This document shows, piece after piece, positions 1 to 9,652 of a stretch of 64,000 bases of DNA. Numbering within the stretch: the stretch's first letter is position 1; each line of letters opens with the position of its first letter. The DNA is from Chloroflexota bacterium. Lineage in GTDB: Bacteria; Chloroflexota; Anaerolineae; DUEN01. A program made the position numbers and the translations under genes. Location of the stretch: the NCBI GenBank assembly GCA_013152435.1, contig JAADGJ010000037.1:14408-78407 (forward strand). The letters are read 5' to 3'. The notes under the pieces were generated by a model, which was not told the DNA's origin, made no database searches, and worked only from the letters and a program-made list of their open reading frames with translations.

Positions 1-510
1 ATGCGATGATGGGTCAGGCCCAGGCCCAACACCAGCCCGACGGGCCACAACTTCCCCGTGCCGTGGGACCAGCGCAGGGCGGTCCAGCAGAGCAACGCCT
101 GAAGGAACCCATGCAGCGCATACACCTCGGCCACAGTGGCCTGGGACCACCATACCGGGATGGCGATCGTGTAAGCCGCCGCCAGCGCGGCCGCCAGCCG
201 ACGCCCCGTGAGCACTCGTCCGGCCAGGTAGAGCATCCCAACGGCCGCGGCCGCGGCCGCGGCCGAGAACAGGTTCACGCGATAGGCCACCTCGCCAAGC
301 GGCAGCCGGGTGAAGGCATATCCCAGCAGCGTATACAGCGGATATCCCGTTGGGTGTGCAATGCCGAGCGTCGGCAGGACCAGCTGGAACTCCAGGCTGT
401 CATCGAACAGGGCGACGACGGAGGGAGCTGCCGTGCGAACATAGAGGATCAGGCCGATCAGCCCAAGCCCCAGCGCGATCCCATAATCAAGCCGAGGGCG
501 ACGCGTTTCC
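1..510 (-). CDS. DUF2723-type (GT117/TMEM260-like) membrane glycosyltransferase, N-terminal ~170 aa; gene continues past the left edge
   Basis: Not in the ORF track because its stop lies outside the window. The minus-strand ATG at 510 gives METRRPRLDYGIALGLGLIGLILYVRTAAPSVVALFDDSLEFQLVLPTLGIAHPTGYPLYTLLGYAFTRLPLGEVAYRVNLFSA. The D-S-x-EF and GIAHPxGYPLY motifs are as I recall them for DUF2723. The listed + ORF 6..623 is a low-complexity shadow frame. Confidence 0.75.
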
Positions 511-679
511 ATGGCGAAAGGATCATACCACACCTGCCACAACGGAGCAATTTATGTCGTGCTGGGCCGGGTGATGTCCTACGAAGGAGCCCGGAGGGCA
601 AAGCCCTATTCGCATCAACTTAACAGCATGGGCGAGGCCCCCGCCTGCCATCTTTTCCCTCCACGGGCGGCCGCACCTG

Positions 680-832
680 AAAGGGGAGGTGCGGAGGGGC
701 TTCCCTCCGCAGAAAAACGCTTTTTCTCGCCCTTCACCTGCCTGGTTGGGGCTTTGGCCGGTGGCCTCCGGCCCCACGGGGCAGGTGAGGGGCTGAAAAT
801 AGATTCCTTCGGAGGGCTGACGCCCCTCCGAG
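680..832 (+). repeat. GC-rich hairpin-module intergenic repeat, copy 1 (body modules, forward)
   Basis: AAAGGGGAGGTGCGGAGGGGCTTCCCTCCGC...CTTCACCTGCC...GGCAGGTGAGGGGCTGAAA...GGAGGGCTGACGCCCCTCC is collinear with the copies at 32771, 34325, 41578 and 52288. Confidence 0.8.
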
Positions 833-888
833 CCACCCCAGAGATGCGGGACCACGCTTCCGTATCGCTTAACTTGATACCAAGGGGC

Positions 889-1020
889 CCGGAGGGCAAA
901 GCCCCTCCGGAGAAAGCCCTTCTTCCGCCCTCGACCTGCCCGGCCTCAGCCTGGATCCCTCGGAAAGGGCCGAGAAGGGCAGGTGCAGGCCGGAAAAGTG
1001 GGATTCCCGTGGAGAGGAGG
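889..1020 (-). repeat. GC-rich hairpin-module intergenic repeat, copy 2 (inverted)
   Basis: The reverse complement reads CCTCCTCTCCACGGGAATCCCACTTTTCCGGCCTGCACCTGCCCTTCTCGGCCCTTTCCGAGGG...GGCAGGTCGAGGGCGGAAGAAGGGCTTTCTCCGGAGGGGCTTTGCCCTCCGG. This is near-identical in order and sequence to 32850..32984. Confidence 0.85.
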
Positions 1021-1126
1021 GTTCATGCTGCCGATTCCAATATGAGCGAAAAGAAAAACGCGAGGATCAGGCAGGATGACGCCCCATCGAGCCATCCTGC
1101 CTCCTCGCGTCCCCAGCTCCAGATGG

Positions 1127-1573
1127 CTACAGACGCCCGGCGAGGGCCGTGAACAGCCACCCGGTGATGGCGCCGTAGATCACGTGCCCCATCAGGCTCG
1201 CCCACTGCGCGCTGCCGATGACGAAGACCATCTGCGGCATGCCGAGAAACAGCGGCATCAGGATGAGGGCGCCCAGCCCCCACCAGATGACCCCATACCC
1301 GGCGCCGGCGAAGACGGCGATCGCCCGACCGGCCGGAAGCCGCGCGCCGATCAGCCCGTAGGAACCGCCGATGGAGGCGCTGATGAACATGTGCACGACG
1401 AAGCCGATCACGTTGTTGGGCTGCCCGATGAGCGCGCCCACCATGGGCAGCGCCCCCATCATCGCCATGAGCATGCCGAACACCAGGCCGCCGCCCAGGC
1501 CAGCGATCGCTCCTGTGAAGATCTGGCTGAAAAAGGATTGCTTAAGGGGTCGTCGTATAGCCGTTGTTGACAT
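1127..1573 (-). CDS. small integral membrane protein (about 4 TM helices), function unknown
   Basis: 148-aa ORF, Gly/Ala-rich and hydrophobic throughout (GAIAGLGGGLVFGMLMAMMGALPMVGALIG...). Coding-like composition; no recognisable family motif. Confidence 0.6.
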   Translation of the reverse strand: MSTTAIRRPLKQSFFSQIFTGAIAGLGGGLVFGMLMAMMGALPMVGALIGQPNNVIGFVVHMFISASIGGSYGLIGARLPAGRAIAVFAGAGYGVIWWGLGALILMPLFLGMPQMVFVIGSAQWASLMGHVIYGAITGWLFTALAGRL

Positions 1574-1594
1574 TCGATTTCCTCCCTGTAGAAT
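1567..1594 (+). promoter_or_regulatory. sigma70-type promoter TTGACA-16-TAGAAT, upstream of nnrE-like gene
   Basis: TTGACA at 1567..1572, 16-nt spacer, TAGAAT at 1589..1594. It lies in the divergent region between the 1573(-) and 1770(+) starts. Confidence 0.5.
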
Positions 1595-1769
1595 CTGATC
1601 GAGTGATGAATTTCCGATCCGGCGCCGGTACTTGTTGCCACATGGACGACGCGACCGGCGGATTTCTTACCCCGGACCCACCGCTTGACGAGGCCCTTCT
1701 GCTGCGGGTAGAGAGGATCCAAGGGGGAATTCAGATACGCTCAAGAGGCGGATCGAAAGGGATGATTTT

Positions 1770-2504
1770 ATGGAAAGATCGAGGAGGACGTTTCGAACGG
1801 CAGACGGGCACGTTGTGCCCGCCGTGACGGCGGCGGAGATGCGAGAGGTCGATCGCGTCGCGACGGAGGAGTTCGGCCTGGGCATCCTCCAGATGATGGA
1901 AAACGCCGGCCGGAATCTGGCGGGGCACGCCATGGAGATGCTGGATGACGCCCCGGGCGAGATCGTCGTGCTCGCCGGCGGCGGGGGCAACGGCGGCGGA
2001 GGATTATGCTGCGCGCGCCACTTGCACAACCACGGCATCTCGGTACAGATCGTGCTGGACCGTGATCCGGCGAACCTGGGGGAAGCCGCGCGTCGCCAGC
2101 TGGGCATCTTGCAGGCAACGGGTCTACGCCCGCTCCCCCTTCCCAAGGCCGAGAGCTGGATTCGCCGCTCTCCGCTGGTCGTCGACGCGTTGATCGGCTA
2201 TAGCCTGCGGGGCAAGCCAAGGGGAAGGACGGCCGAGATCATCTCCCTCTGCAACCGACACGCCCAACGCGTACTTTGCCTGGACGTGCCCTCAGGGATC
2301 GATGCGACCACCGGCGAGGCGATGGGGCTCTCGGTGCGCCCGGATAGGACGCTGACCCTGGCGCTTCCCAAGAGGGGGCTGATCCACATCCCTGGCGAGC
2401 TCTACCTGGCCGACATCGGCATCCCGCCGGAGGTCTACAGTCGCCTGGGGATCTCCCTCGATCCGCCCTTTGGGAAACGCTACTGGGTCCGGCTGGACCG
2501 CTAG
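1770..2504 (+). CDS. nnrE: NAD(P)H-hydrate epimerase (YjeF N-terminal domain protein)
   Basis: 244 aa. EMREVDRVATEEFGLGILQMMENAGRNLA, the glycine loop VLAGGGGNGGGG, and DALIGYSLRGKPRG are typical of YjeF_N/NnrE. Confidence 0.85.
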   Translation: MERSRRTFRTADGHVVPAVTAAEMREVDRVATEEFGLGILQMMENAGRNLAGHAMEMLDDAPGEIVVLAGGGGNGGGGLCCARHLHNHGISVQIVLDRDPANLGEAARRQLGILQATGLRPLPLPKAESWIRRSPLVVDALIGYSLRGKPRGRTAEIISLCNRHAQRVLCLDVPSGIDATTGEAMGLSVRPDRTLTLALPKRGLIHIPGELYLADIGIPPEVYSRLGISLDPPFGKRYWVRLDR

Positions 2505-2511
2505 TGCGATG

Positions 2512-2536
2512 CAAAAAGGCCGGCGCAGTGCCGGCC
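2512..2536. terminator. hairpin terminator between convergent genes
   Basis: AAAAAGGCCGGC-GCAGT-GCCGGCCT has an 8-bp GC stem. On the minus strand the stem is followed by TTTTT, fitting termination of the 2582(-) gene. It also lies 8 nt after the nnrE stop. Confidence 0.7.
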
Positions 2537-2581
2537 TCTCTGAAGGGTCGACGGATTCTGCCCATCGAATCGACGGATATC

Positions 2582-3367
2582 CTACCGACTGACGGCCACA
2601 ATGACGATCACCACGACCATCACCAGCAAGAGGGCCAGGATGACGCACACCAGGAGGGGAAGGAGGACGGCCGCTATGGCCCTTCCCCAACGGGTGCGCT
2701 CCAGCACCTCCCCTGACTCGGTGGGGACCGTCTCCACCCACCCATGCGCCACCGCCGTGGCCTTGACATAGATCAGCCATCCCCATACCGCCGCGATCCA
2801 TCCCAGGAGCGCCCCCAGGAATGGGACCGGACGGAGGATAGTGATCACCTGCGGCACGGCGTACAGGGATGTCGTCGCCAGGAACCCGCGCAACCCGCCG
2901 CGCCCGCCCAGCAGCTTGGCGGCCAGCATCACCCACAACGCGTAGCCCAGCCAGCGCCCCATCCGGGCGAACGGGGTCGACCACCACTCACCCAGCGACT
3001 CCAGGAAGGCCGCGATAGGGCGAGGGAGGATCGTCGGCAGGGAAGCGATCTCAGTGGCGATCTTCACCCCGACCTTAAAGCCCTCGGTGATCTGATCCAG
3101 GACCTCGGGAGGCACGCTGCCGGGCGGCATGAAGCGCTGCATCTGGCGCAGGCCCTCCTCCATCCCCTGCTGCATGGCCTCGATCTGCACCTCAACCGGC
3201 CGAAGGCTCTGGGCCAGATCGGTCACAAAGACCAGGGAGCCGGCGATCAACGTCACCGCGATCAGCCAGACGATGCCCCGCCTGAGCCCGCCGGGGTCAT
3301 CCCGGAAGGACACGAACGTCTCTGTCCGCAGGGTCATGACGCCGCGAAAAGTCTGCCATACAGCCAT
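2582..3367 (-). CDS. Yip1-like multi-pass membrane protein
   Basis: 261 aa with a soluble N-terminal segment followed by about 5 TM helices. It is a tandem paralogue of the next gene, separated by a 4-nt gap. Confidence 0.6.
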   Translation of the reverse strand: MAVWQTFRGVMTLRTETFVSFRDDPGGLRRGIVWLIAVTLIAGSLVFVTDLAQSLRPVEVQIEAMQQGMEEGLRQMQRFMPPGSVPPEVLDQITEGFKVGVKIATEIASLPTILPRPIAAFLESLGEWWSTPFARMGRWLGYALWVMLAAKLLGGRGGLRGFLATTSLYAVPQVITILRPVPFLGALLGWIAAVWGWLIYVKATAVAHGWVETVPTESGEVLERTRWGRAIAAVLLPLLVCVILALLLVMVVVIVIVAVSR

Positions 3368-3371
3368 GATC

Positions 3372-4097
3372 TCAACCTCCCATGATCAACGGAAGCGCGA
3401 TCAGCGCGGCGACGGCGATCAGCAGGATCCCCAGGAGCCACAGGATGACGAGGGGGAACAGGGTCGCAACCAGGGCGCGGGGCCAGGTCAGATCGTGCGC
3501 GATGCGAAGCCCCATGTAACGACAGATGAGGGTCCAGGTGCCCACCACGCCCCCGACCGCCAGGAAGGGGACTGCATCGGCCAGGTGGATCACCTGAGGC
3601 GCCACGGCCAGGGCGGTCACGCCCAGCGTTTGCGATAATGTGCCCTCGCCCCCCAGCAGGCGGGCACCGCCGTGGGCCAACACCCCGTACACGAGCCAGC
3701 CGATGATGAGCATCAACGGCTTCGTGATGATGCCCAAGGCGGCGCTGCCGGGGTCCGGAGCGCCGAAGAGGCGGGGGAAGACCTGCCAGCCCAGGTCGTA
3801 CCATCGCCGAAATTGCTCGGTGAACGAAGGGCCGATCTCCCTCTGCAGCATCTGGAACCATGACATCTGCTCGTAGTTGCGGTAGATGACCTCCTTGATG
3901 TCCGCCATGTGAGGGATGCTGGCCCATTCGACGACCGTACCGGCCAGATTGCTCACGGCGATCACCACGGCAACCAACACGATGAGAAACAGCCCTTCGA
4001 CGACCGGGGCATCATCCTCTCGTATCTCCTCATACGCAGAGGGTTGCAACCACAGAGCGCGCCAGAGCAAGCTCAGCGGACGTGCGACCGTCGTCAT
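3372..4097 (-). CDS. Yip1 domain membrane protein
   Basis: 241 aa. The N-terminus LWRALWLQPSAYEEIREDDAPVVEGLFLIVLVAVVIAV followed by 5 TM helices resembles bacterial Yip1/YIPF-type proteins. Confidence 0.65.
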   Translation of the reverse strand: MTTVARPLSLLWRALWLQPSAYEEIREDDAPVVEGLFLIVLVAVVIAVSNLAGTVVEWASIPHMADIKEVIYRNYEQMSWFQMLQREIGPSFTEQFRRWYDLGWQVFPRLFGAPDPGSAALGIITKPLMLIIGWLVYGVLAHGGARLLGGEGTLSQTLGVTALAVAPQVIHLADAVPFLAVGGVVGTWTLICRYMGLRIAHDLTWPRALVATLFPLVILWLLGILLIAVAALIALPLIMGG

Positions 4098-4217
4098 GGA
4101 TCACCTCCTTGCCGAAGAACTCCTGCGGGGCGTAAGACCCATCACGCTCCCGGGCGGGGAAAGCCAGGTTTCGTACACCTATACGCACAACAACAGGCGG
4201 AGGTGACAGGTGCCACG

Positions 4218-5060
4218 TCAGACGCGCAGGATCTGATCCGCCAGCTGGGTTACGTGCTCCATCGCCATACGAGCACCGCGACGGAAGCGGCGCGCCCGCA
4301 TCAAAGCGCGCGGGGACGTGATCTGTCTCGACCACCGAAACCAGCGCTCGCCGATCGCGCCCCATCGGGGTGGCTCATCCACGTATGTGACCCATCGCGT
4401 GTAGTCGAAGGCCGCCCGGCCATCCGCGGTATCGCTGATCCCGCGCATCACCAGCCACGGGATGCCGTGCAGATGCGCCGTGTACGCCACCGCCGCGCCC
4501 TCCTGCTCCACGGCAATGGCCCCCGTCGTCTGGCGGATCCGGTCCTTGTGCGCGTGGGAAAAGATCACCTGATCTCCGGTGGCGATGACGCCCGCCACGG
4601 CGCGAGGGAAGGACCGTTCCTCGTCCCATCCCAGCGCGTTCGCCGCCTCCCGCGCTCGCGCCACCCACCGGGAATCCGCGGCCAGATAGCGCATGCGCTG
4701 TCCCCGTTCGGGCGGCATGGGCAGCCCCGCGACCTGGAAACGATCCTCCAGGTGCACCCCCGCGTCGTGCATCGCGAGGCGCTGCCCGATCACCACATCG
4801 CCGATCCGCAGCTCCGATGCCAGAGCGCCAGCCGATCCGCAATTCCAGATCACATCCGGCCGGAAGGTCTGGATCAACGCCATGGTGGCCAGCGCCGCGT
4901 TCACCTTGCCCACCCCGCACGCGACCAGGATCACGTCATGACCCGCCCAGCGGGCCCTTGTGACGTGCGCGATGGGCCCTCGCTCCTGTGCGACGATGCC
5001 ATCCACTCGCCGTTGCAGAGGACGAAGCTCACCGGGGATGCCGACGATCCCGACGATCAT
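4218..5060 (-). CDS. mtnN: 5'-methylthioadenosine/S-adenosylhomocysteine nucleosidase (PNP_UDP_1 family) with ~50-aa basic C-terminal extension
   Basis: ILVACGVGKVNAALATMALI, SAGAL, AVEQEGAAVA and RGISDTAD motifs. The start overlaps the cca stop by 4 nt. Confidence 0.8.
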   Translation of the reverse strand: MIVGIVGIPGELRPLQRRVDGIVAQERGPIAHVTRARWAGHDVILVACGVGKVNAALATMALIQTFRPDVIWNCGSAGALASELRIGDVVIGQRLAMHDAGVHLEDRFQVAGLPMPPERGQRMRYLAADSRWVARAREAANALGWDEERSFPRAVAGVIATGDQVIFSHAHKDRIRQTTGAIAVEQEGAAVAYTAHLHGIPWLVMRGISDTADGRAAFDYTRWVTYVDEPPRWGAIGERWFRWSRQITSPRALMRARRFRRGARMAMEHVTQLADQILRV

Positions 5061-7660
5061 CGATCGCGGTCCTCCGACGTGGAGGAGGACCGCTCCTCCT
5101 CAGCGATGAGCGCACGCACCAGGGCCTCCTCCTCCTCCCGGGTATGGACCTGGCCATCCAGCCGCGCGTCCAGCAGAGCCTCCAGGATGCGGCGATAGAT
5201 CGGGCCAGGCTTGAGCCCCATGCGGCGCAGGTCGTGTCCGTCCAACTCCGTGGTGACGTGCTGCAACCGTTGCTCGAAAAGGGCAAGGCGCTGTCGCGCC
5301 AGCCAGGAATCCGTGGCCACTCGAAAGACCAGCCGGGCCCCGGGCTGCGCCTGGGATAACAGCCGATAGATCTGACTGGGGCGTAGATGGTTCTGCACCA
5401 GTTGGGACTCGTGATCGCGCAGGTAGCGCGCCTGCTCGACCACCGAGCGGGCCTGCGCGGGCAGGCGCAGCCGCGTCATCACCTGTTCCTGATCCTCGGC
5501 GCTGAGCCGGTACAGCCACAGGCCAAAATAGAGATACTCGATGGGCTCCGGCACCTCGTAGTCAGCCAGCTCCGCGCGCAGCCTCCGGAACCGATCGGCC
5601 AGCCATTCGTCATAACGCAGCGCCGGGTGGATATGAGGCAGCACGCCCAAGGCGGCCAGCCGGGCCAACGCCCGCTCCGGCTCCGGCTCCCGCAGGATCA
5701 GGGTGAGCTCGTGGAGGATACGCTCCCCACTCACCCGCTCCAGCAGATCCAGGGCGTTCCCGATCAGCTCCTCAGTACGCGGCTCGATCCGAAATCCCAG
5801 CCGTTGCTCCAGCCGGACCGCCCGCAGGATCCGGGTCGGGTCCTCCACAAAGCTGAGGCTGTGCAGGACGCGAATGAGGCCCTCCTCCAGATCCCGCTCG
5901 CCGCCGTAGAAATCCAACAGCTCCCCCCAGCGATCGGGATCGAGCCGGATCGCCAGCGTGTTGATGGTGAAATCGCGACGGTGGAGATCCTGCTTGATGT
6001 TCGATTGCTCAACGGTGGGCAGGGCGGTCGGGTGCTCATAGAACTCGATCCGGGCCGTGACGAAATCCAGGGAGGGCACGGGCGGCGGCCGGTCGTCATC
6101 CTCGGGCAGGATCCACTTCGCCGTGCCGAAGCGACGGTGGCTACGCACATAGCCACCCTTCCGTCGCGCCAGCTCGCGCGCCAGATGGATGGCATCCCCC
6201 TCCACGACCAGGTCCAGATCCAAGTTGGGGACGCCCAACAGGAGATCCCGCACGAACCCGCCCACCGCGTAGATGGAGTACCCCAGCTCGTGAGCCGTGC
6301 GCCCGACCTCCTGGAGCAGCGCGTGGAGGTCGGGGGGAAGGGCCGCCTCCATTCGATCCGCCAGCGTCTGAGAGCGATCGGGCGCTCCCGGCCAGGTCTT
6401 GATGAGATCTGTACGCGTGACGATGCCCAGCAGCCGGCCGTCCTCCGAGGAGACCACAGGCACCTGTCCCCATCCGTGCTCGATCATCACCCGTTGGAGG
6501 TGCTGCACCGAGTCCTCCGGATGGACCACCACGGCGCCGGAGTGCATCACCTGACGCACGGGCGCGTTCTGCAACCCGTGATGCAGCGCCCGGTCGACCT
6601 GCCGTCGGGTCAGCATGCCCACGATCTGGCCGTCGGCGACCACGGGGAACCCCTCGAACCCGTAGCGCTGCATCCGCTCGGCGGCCTCGGCCACCGTGGT
6701 ATCCGGCGTCACCGTCTGGGGTTGGCCGCGCGACATGATCTCCGCCACCGTCACGGCCGGACGCACGTGCTTCTCCAGCAACTCGACCAGACGGCGCTCG
6801 GCTTCCTCCAGCGTCATCCCACGCAGCAGGGCCGCGGCCGCCCGGCTATGTCCCCCGCCCCCCATCGCCTGCGCCACCTTGCCGACGTCAATGGCGTCCG
6901 ACGTGCTCCGCGCCACCAACTGAATGCGGTCCCCTTGATCCACCAGCAGGAAGAGCCCCTCCGGCTCGTAGAGATCGCGCAGCTTGTGGGCCAGTACGGA
7001 GACCTCCGCCACATACTCGGGAGAGCGGGCGGTGGCGATGATCACGGAATGGCCCAGGAACTCATAGGGATGGCTGTTCTCCACCAGCTGCCGATACAAC
7101 GCCTGCTGTTCCGGGGTCAGAGGATGATGCAGGAAGCGGTTCACCACCTCCAGGTTGGCCTCCTGCTCCAGAAGCCAGGCCGCGCACCGGACATCTCGTG
7201 GGGTGGTGGTGCCATAGGTGAGCGCGCCCGTGTCCTCGTAGATGCCCAACAGGAAGAGCGTCGCCTCCAGGGGTGAGATGTGGATGTGCCGCTCGGCGAT
7301 CTGCTCCACCAGCAGCGTCGTGGTCGCGCCGACCTCCTCCCCCCAGAACTGCCAGCCCTCGGGCAGAGGGTCCTGCCTCGGATGGTGATCGATGAACTGC
7401 CCGGTGGTGTGGGATCCCATGCGGCGGAGCGGCTGAAAGGTCTGCGTGTCCACGACGATCACATGATCGATGCGCTCGTGCGGCAACTCGTCCACGCGCC
7501 GGAAGGGCAGCGAGTCCCGGTACAGGGTGACGAAATCTCGCACATTGCGGTTCGTCTGGCGCGGCAGGACCGGCATCGCGTCCGGATAGAGCTTATGAGC
7601 TGCCAGGAGCGACGCCACCGCGTCGAAGTCCGCGTGCTCATGCGTCAGGATTACCCGCAT
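5057..7660 (-). CDS. cca: DHH/DHHA1 - tandem CBS - tRNA nucleotidyltransferase (CCA-adding enzyme / poly(A) polymerase family) fusion protein
   Basis: 867 aa. N-terminal THEHADFDAV and IDHHP (DHH family), two CBS-like segments, then GGFVRDLLLG and RRDFTINTLA (nucleotidyltransferase head domain). Confidence 0.85.
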   Translation of the reverse strand: MRVILTHEHADFDAVASLLAAHKLYPDAMPVLPRQTNRNVRDFVTLYRDSLPFRRVDELPHERIDHVIVVDTQTFQPLRRMGSHTTGQFIDHHPRQDPLPEGWQFWGEEVGATTTLLVEQIAERHIHISPLEATLFLLGIYEDTGALTYGTTTPRDVRCAAWLLEQEANLEVVNRFLHHPLTPEQQALYRQLVENSHPYEFLGHSVIIATARSPEYVAEVSVLAHKLRDLYEPEGLFLLVDQGDRIQLVARSTSDAIDVGKVAQAMGGGGHSRAAAALLRGMTLEEAERRLVELLEKHVRPAVTVAEIMSRGQPQTVTPDTTVAEAAERMQRYGFEGFPVVADGQIVGMLTRRQVDRALHHGLQNAPVRQVMHSGAVVVHPEDSVQHLQRVMIEHGWGQVPVVSSEDGRLLGIVTRTDLIKTWPGAPDRSQTLADRMEAALPPDLHALLQEVGRTAHELGYSIYAVGGFVRDLLLGVPNLDLDLVVEGDAIHLARELARRKGGYVRSHRRFGTAKWILPEDDDRPPPVPSLDFVTARIEFYEHPTALPTVEQSNIKQDLHRRDFTINTLAIRLDPDRWGELLDFYGGERDLEEGLIRVLHSLSFVEDPTRILRAVRLEQRLGFRIEPRTEELIGNALDLLERVSGERILHELTLILREPEPERALARLAALGVLPHIHPALRYDEWLADRFRRLRAELADYEVPEPIEYLYFGLWLYRLSAEDQEQVMTRLRLPAQARSVVEQARYLRDHESQLVQNHLRPSQIYRLLSQAQPGARLVFRVATDSWLARQRLALFEQRLQHVTTELDGHDLRRMGLKPGPIYRRILEALLDARLDGQVHTREEEEALVRALIAEEERSSSTSEDRDR

Positions 7661-7666
7661 CTTCCG

Positions 7667-9652
7667 CTAGCCAACCTTTAATATGGAAGCCAGGTGCGGA
7701 AACTCGTCAAACATGTGCGGCAGATAGATGGCCTCCATAAACCGATCCTGAAAATCCGGCTCGGCGGCCGTCTCCACGAACTCCACCCACCGGGCGACCT
7801 CCGCCGCCTCCAGCCGCTTATGCCGATTCAACAGGGCGATGCGCGCACCGTCGCCGGCCGCGTTCCCCACCGCGTAGACCCGGCTCAGATCGCAATCCGG
7901 CAACATGCCGATGGTCATCGCCCGCTCGGGGTCGATGTAGTTGCCGAAGGCGCCGGCCAGGATGATGCGATCCACCCGATCGACGCCGCGACGGCGCATC
8001 AGGATGCGGGCGCTGGAGTAGAGGGCCGCCTTGGCAAGCTGGACCGCGCGCACGTCGTCTGTGTACAGGGCGATCTCCTGGCCGGTGCTGCTCTCATGCG
8101 GCCAGGCCAGGACAAAGGAGGCGATGTTCCCCTCCCGTCGGAAGCGAGGCGAGGGGCACTCCGACACGAACCGGCCGCTTCGATCGATCACGCCCGCCTT
8201 CAACAGCTCGGCCACCGCCTCGATGATGCCGGAGCCGCAGATGCCGTGCGCCTTCTCGGCAGGCGGCGCCTCCTCCGTCCACTCGTCGCTCCAGCGCGGC
8301 TCGCCGATCACCCGGAAGCGCACCTCCAGCGTCTCCGGATCGATCCGCACCCGCTCGATAGCGCCGGGGGCGGCCCTCATCCCGTGCGTGATCTGAGCGC
8401 CCTCAAAGGCGGGGCCAGTGGGGCTGGAGCAGCACAACAGACGCTCCGAGTTCCCCAGGAGCAGCTCACCGTTGGTCCCCACATCGATGATGAGAACGAT
8501 CTCCTCGGGCGGCACCTTGTGCGGCTCCTCGGCCAGGATCACCCCCACGTTGTCCGCGCCCACATAGCCGGCCTCAATGGGCAGGATGTGCGCCATGGCC
8601 CCGGGCGCCAACGCCAACCCCAGATCACGCGCCTTGTAGTCCAGAGGGCCATGCACCGCGGCCGGGAACGGCGTCCCGCCCAGCTCCCGGGGATCGATCC
8701 CCAGCAGGAGATGATGCATGATGGTGTTGCCCACCAGCACGATCTCCGTGATATCCTGCGAGGCGATCCCCGCCAAGCGGGCCACGCGGCCGACCAGATC
8801 GTTGATCCCGGCGACGATGGCCCCGTGCAAGCGCGTGAGCCCCTCCGGCTCGCTCATCACATAGGACACGCGCGACATCAGGTCCTCGCCGTAGGGCACC
8901 TGGGGATTCATGATGGCATCGGCCGCCTTCACCTCGCCCGTGAGCAGGTCGCACAGGTAGGCGGCTACAGTGGTCGTTCCCACGTCCACGGCCAGCCCGT
9001 AGGCCTCCTCATGATAACCCGGCTGCACGCGAACCACCTCGCGCCCCTGCCAGACGGTACACGTGACCCCGCGCTGCCCCTTGCGCAGGGTCTGCTGCAG
9101 CTCGCGCAACGCCGTAATGTCGATGGACAGCCCCTCCAGGCCGAAACGATCGGCCAGCTCCGCCTGCACGCGCTCCCACTCCCCCTGGGGATGCTCCAGC
9201 GTGGGGCGCTCTACCTCCACATAGTGCAGTCGGATGGCCGGGTCCAACTCGATGCGCATCTCACGTGCCGCCTTGCGGATCACCTGCTTGAGCGCCTGGC
9301 TCTCCTCTGGGACGGTAATCAGCAGGTCGCCGCGGACCTCGGCCGCGCAGGCCAGGCGGCAGCCGCGCTCCAGATCCAATCGCTGACGTTGGGCGTGAAA
9401 TTCCTCCTTCTCCGAGACGGGGGAGACATGCTCACGGCTGGAGTGGATGCGAAGCTTGGGGAAGAAGCCCTCCTCAATGATCACCTTGCACTTGCCGCAG
9501 GTCTGCCTCCCGCCGCAGATCGATTCGATCTCCACTCCCAGCAGGCGCGCGGCCTCCAAAATCGTGATCCCCGATGGGACCAGGCCCTGGCGCCCCGCCG
9601 GCTGAAAGACGACCCGATGGGAACGATGATCGTCGCCGCGATGGTCAGACAT
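7667..9652 (-). CDS. 2Fe-2S ferredoxin domain + ASKHA-fold (DUF4445) protein, RACo-like corrinoid reductive activase family
   Basis: 661 aa. N-terminal plant-type ferredoxin cysteines (ICGGRQTCGKCKV...CRLAC). The long C-terminal region has the DVGTTTVAAYL and IDVGTNGELLLG ASKHA phosphate motifs. Confidence 0.75.
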   Translation of the reverse strand: MSDHRGDDHRSHRVVFQPAGRQGLVPSGITILEAARLLGVEIESICGGRQTCGKCKVIIEEGFFPKLRIHSSREHVSPVSEKEEFHAQRQRLDLERGCRLACAAEVRGDLLITVPEESQALKQVIRKAAREMRIELDPAIRLHYVEVERPTLEHPQGEWERVQAELADRFGLEGLSIDITALRELQQTLRKGQRGVTCTVWQGREVVRVQPGYHEEAYGLAVDVGTTTVAAYLCDLLTGEVKAADAIMNPQVPYGEDLMSRVSYVMSEPEGLTRLHGAIVAGINDLVGRVARLAGIASQDITEIVLVGNTIMHHLLLGIDPRELGGTPFPAAVHGPLDYKARDLGLALAPGAMAHILPIEAGYVGADNVGVILAEEPHKVPPEEIVLIIDVGTNGELLLGNSERLLCCSSPTGPAFEGAQITHGMRAAPGAIERVRIDPETLEVRFRVIGEPRWSDEWTEEAPPAEKAHGICGSGIIEAVAELLKAGVIDRSGRFVSECPSPRFRREGNIASFVLAWPHESSTGQEIALYTDDVRAVQLAKAALYSSARILMRRRGVDRVDRIILAGAFGNYIDPERAMTIGMLPDCDLSRVYAVGNAAGDGARIALLNRHKRLEAAEVARWVEFVETAAEPDFQDRFMEAIYLPHMFDEFPHLASILKVG

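Noticed and set aside
240-270. The (GCGGCC)n hexamer run, considered as a microsatellite or regulatory repeat.
   Set aside because: It lies inside the DUF2723 coding frame, where it encodes a poly-Ala stretch in a TM segment. It is only about four units long.
6-623. Plus-strand ORF of 205 aa at the left edge.
   Set aside because: It is Arg/Gly/Gln-rich and low-complexity. The minus strand encodes a recognisable DUF2723 N-terminus starting at 510.
5387-7276. Long antisense ORFs opposite real genes. Examples: 5387..7276(+), 7694..9832(+), 24177..24947(-), 28822..29910(-), 34840..35823(+), 39559..41004(+), 52204..53880(+), 60377..61081(+), 61289..62425(+), 62405..63811(-).
   Set aside because: Their composition is Arg/Gly/Pro/His-rich and low-complexity, as expected for shadow frames in a ~65% GC genome. 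In every case the opposite strand encodes a protein with clear family motifs.
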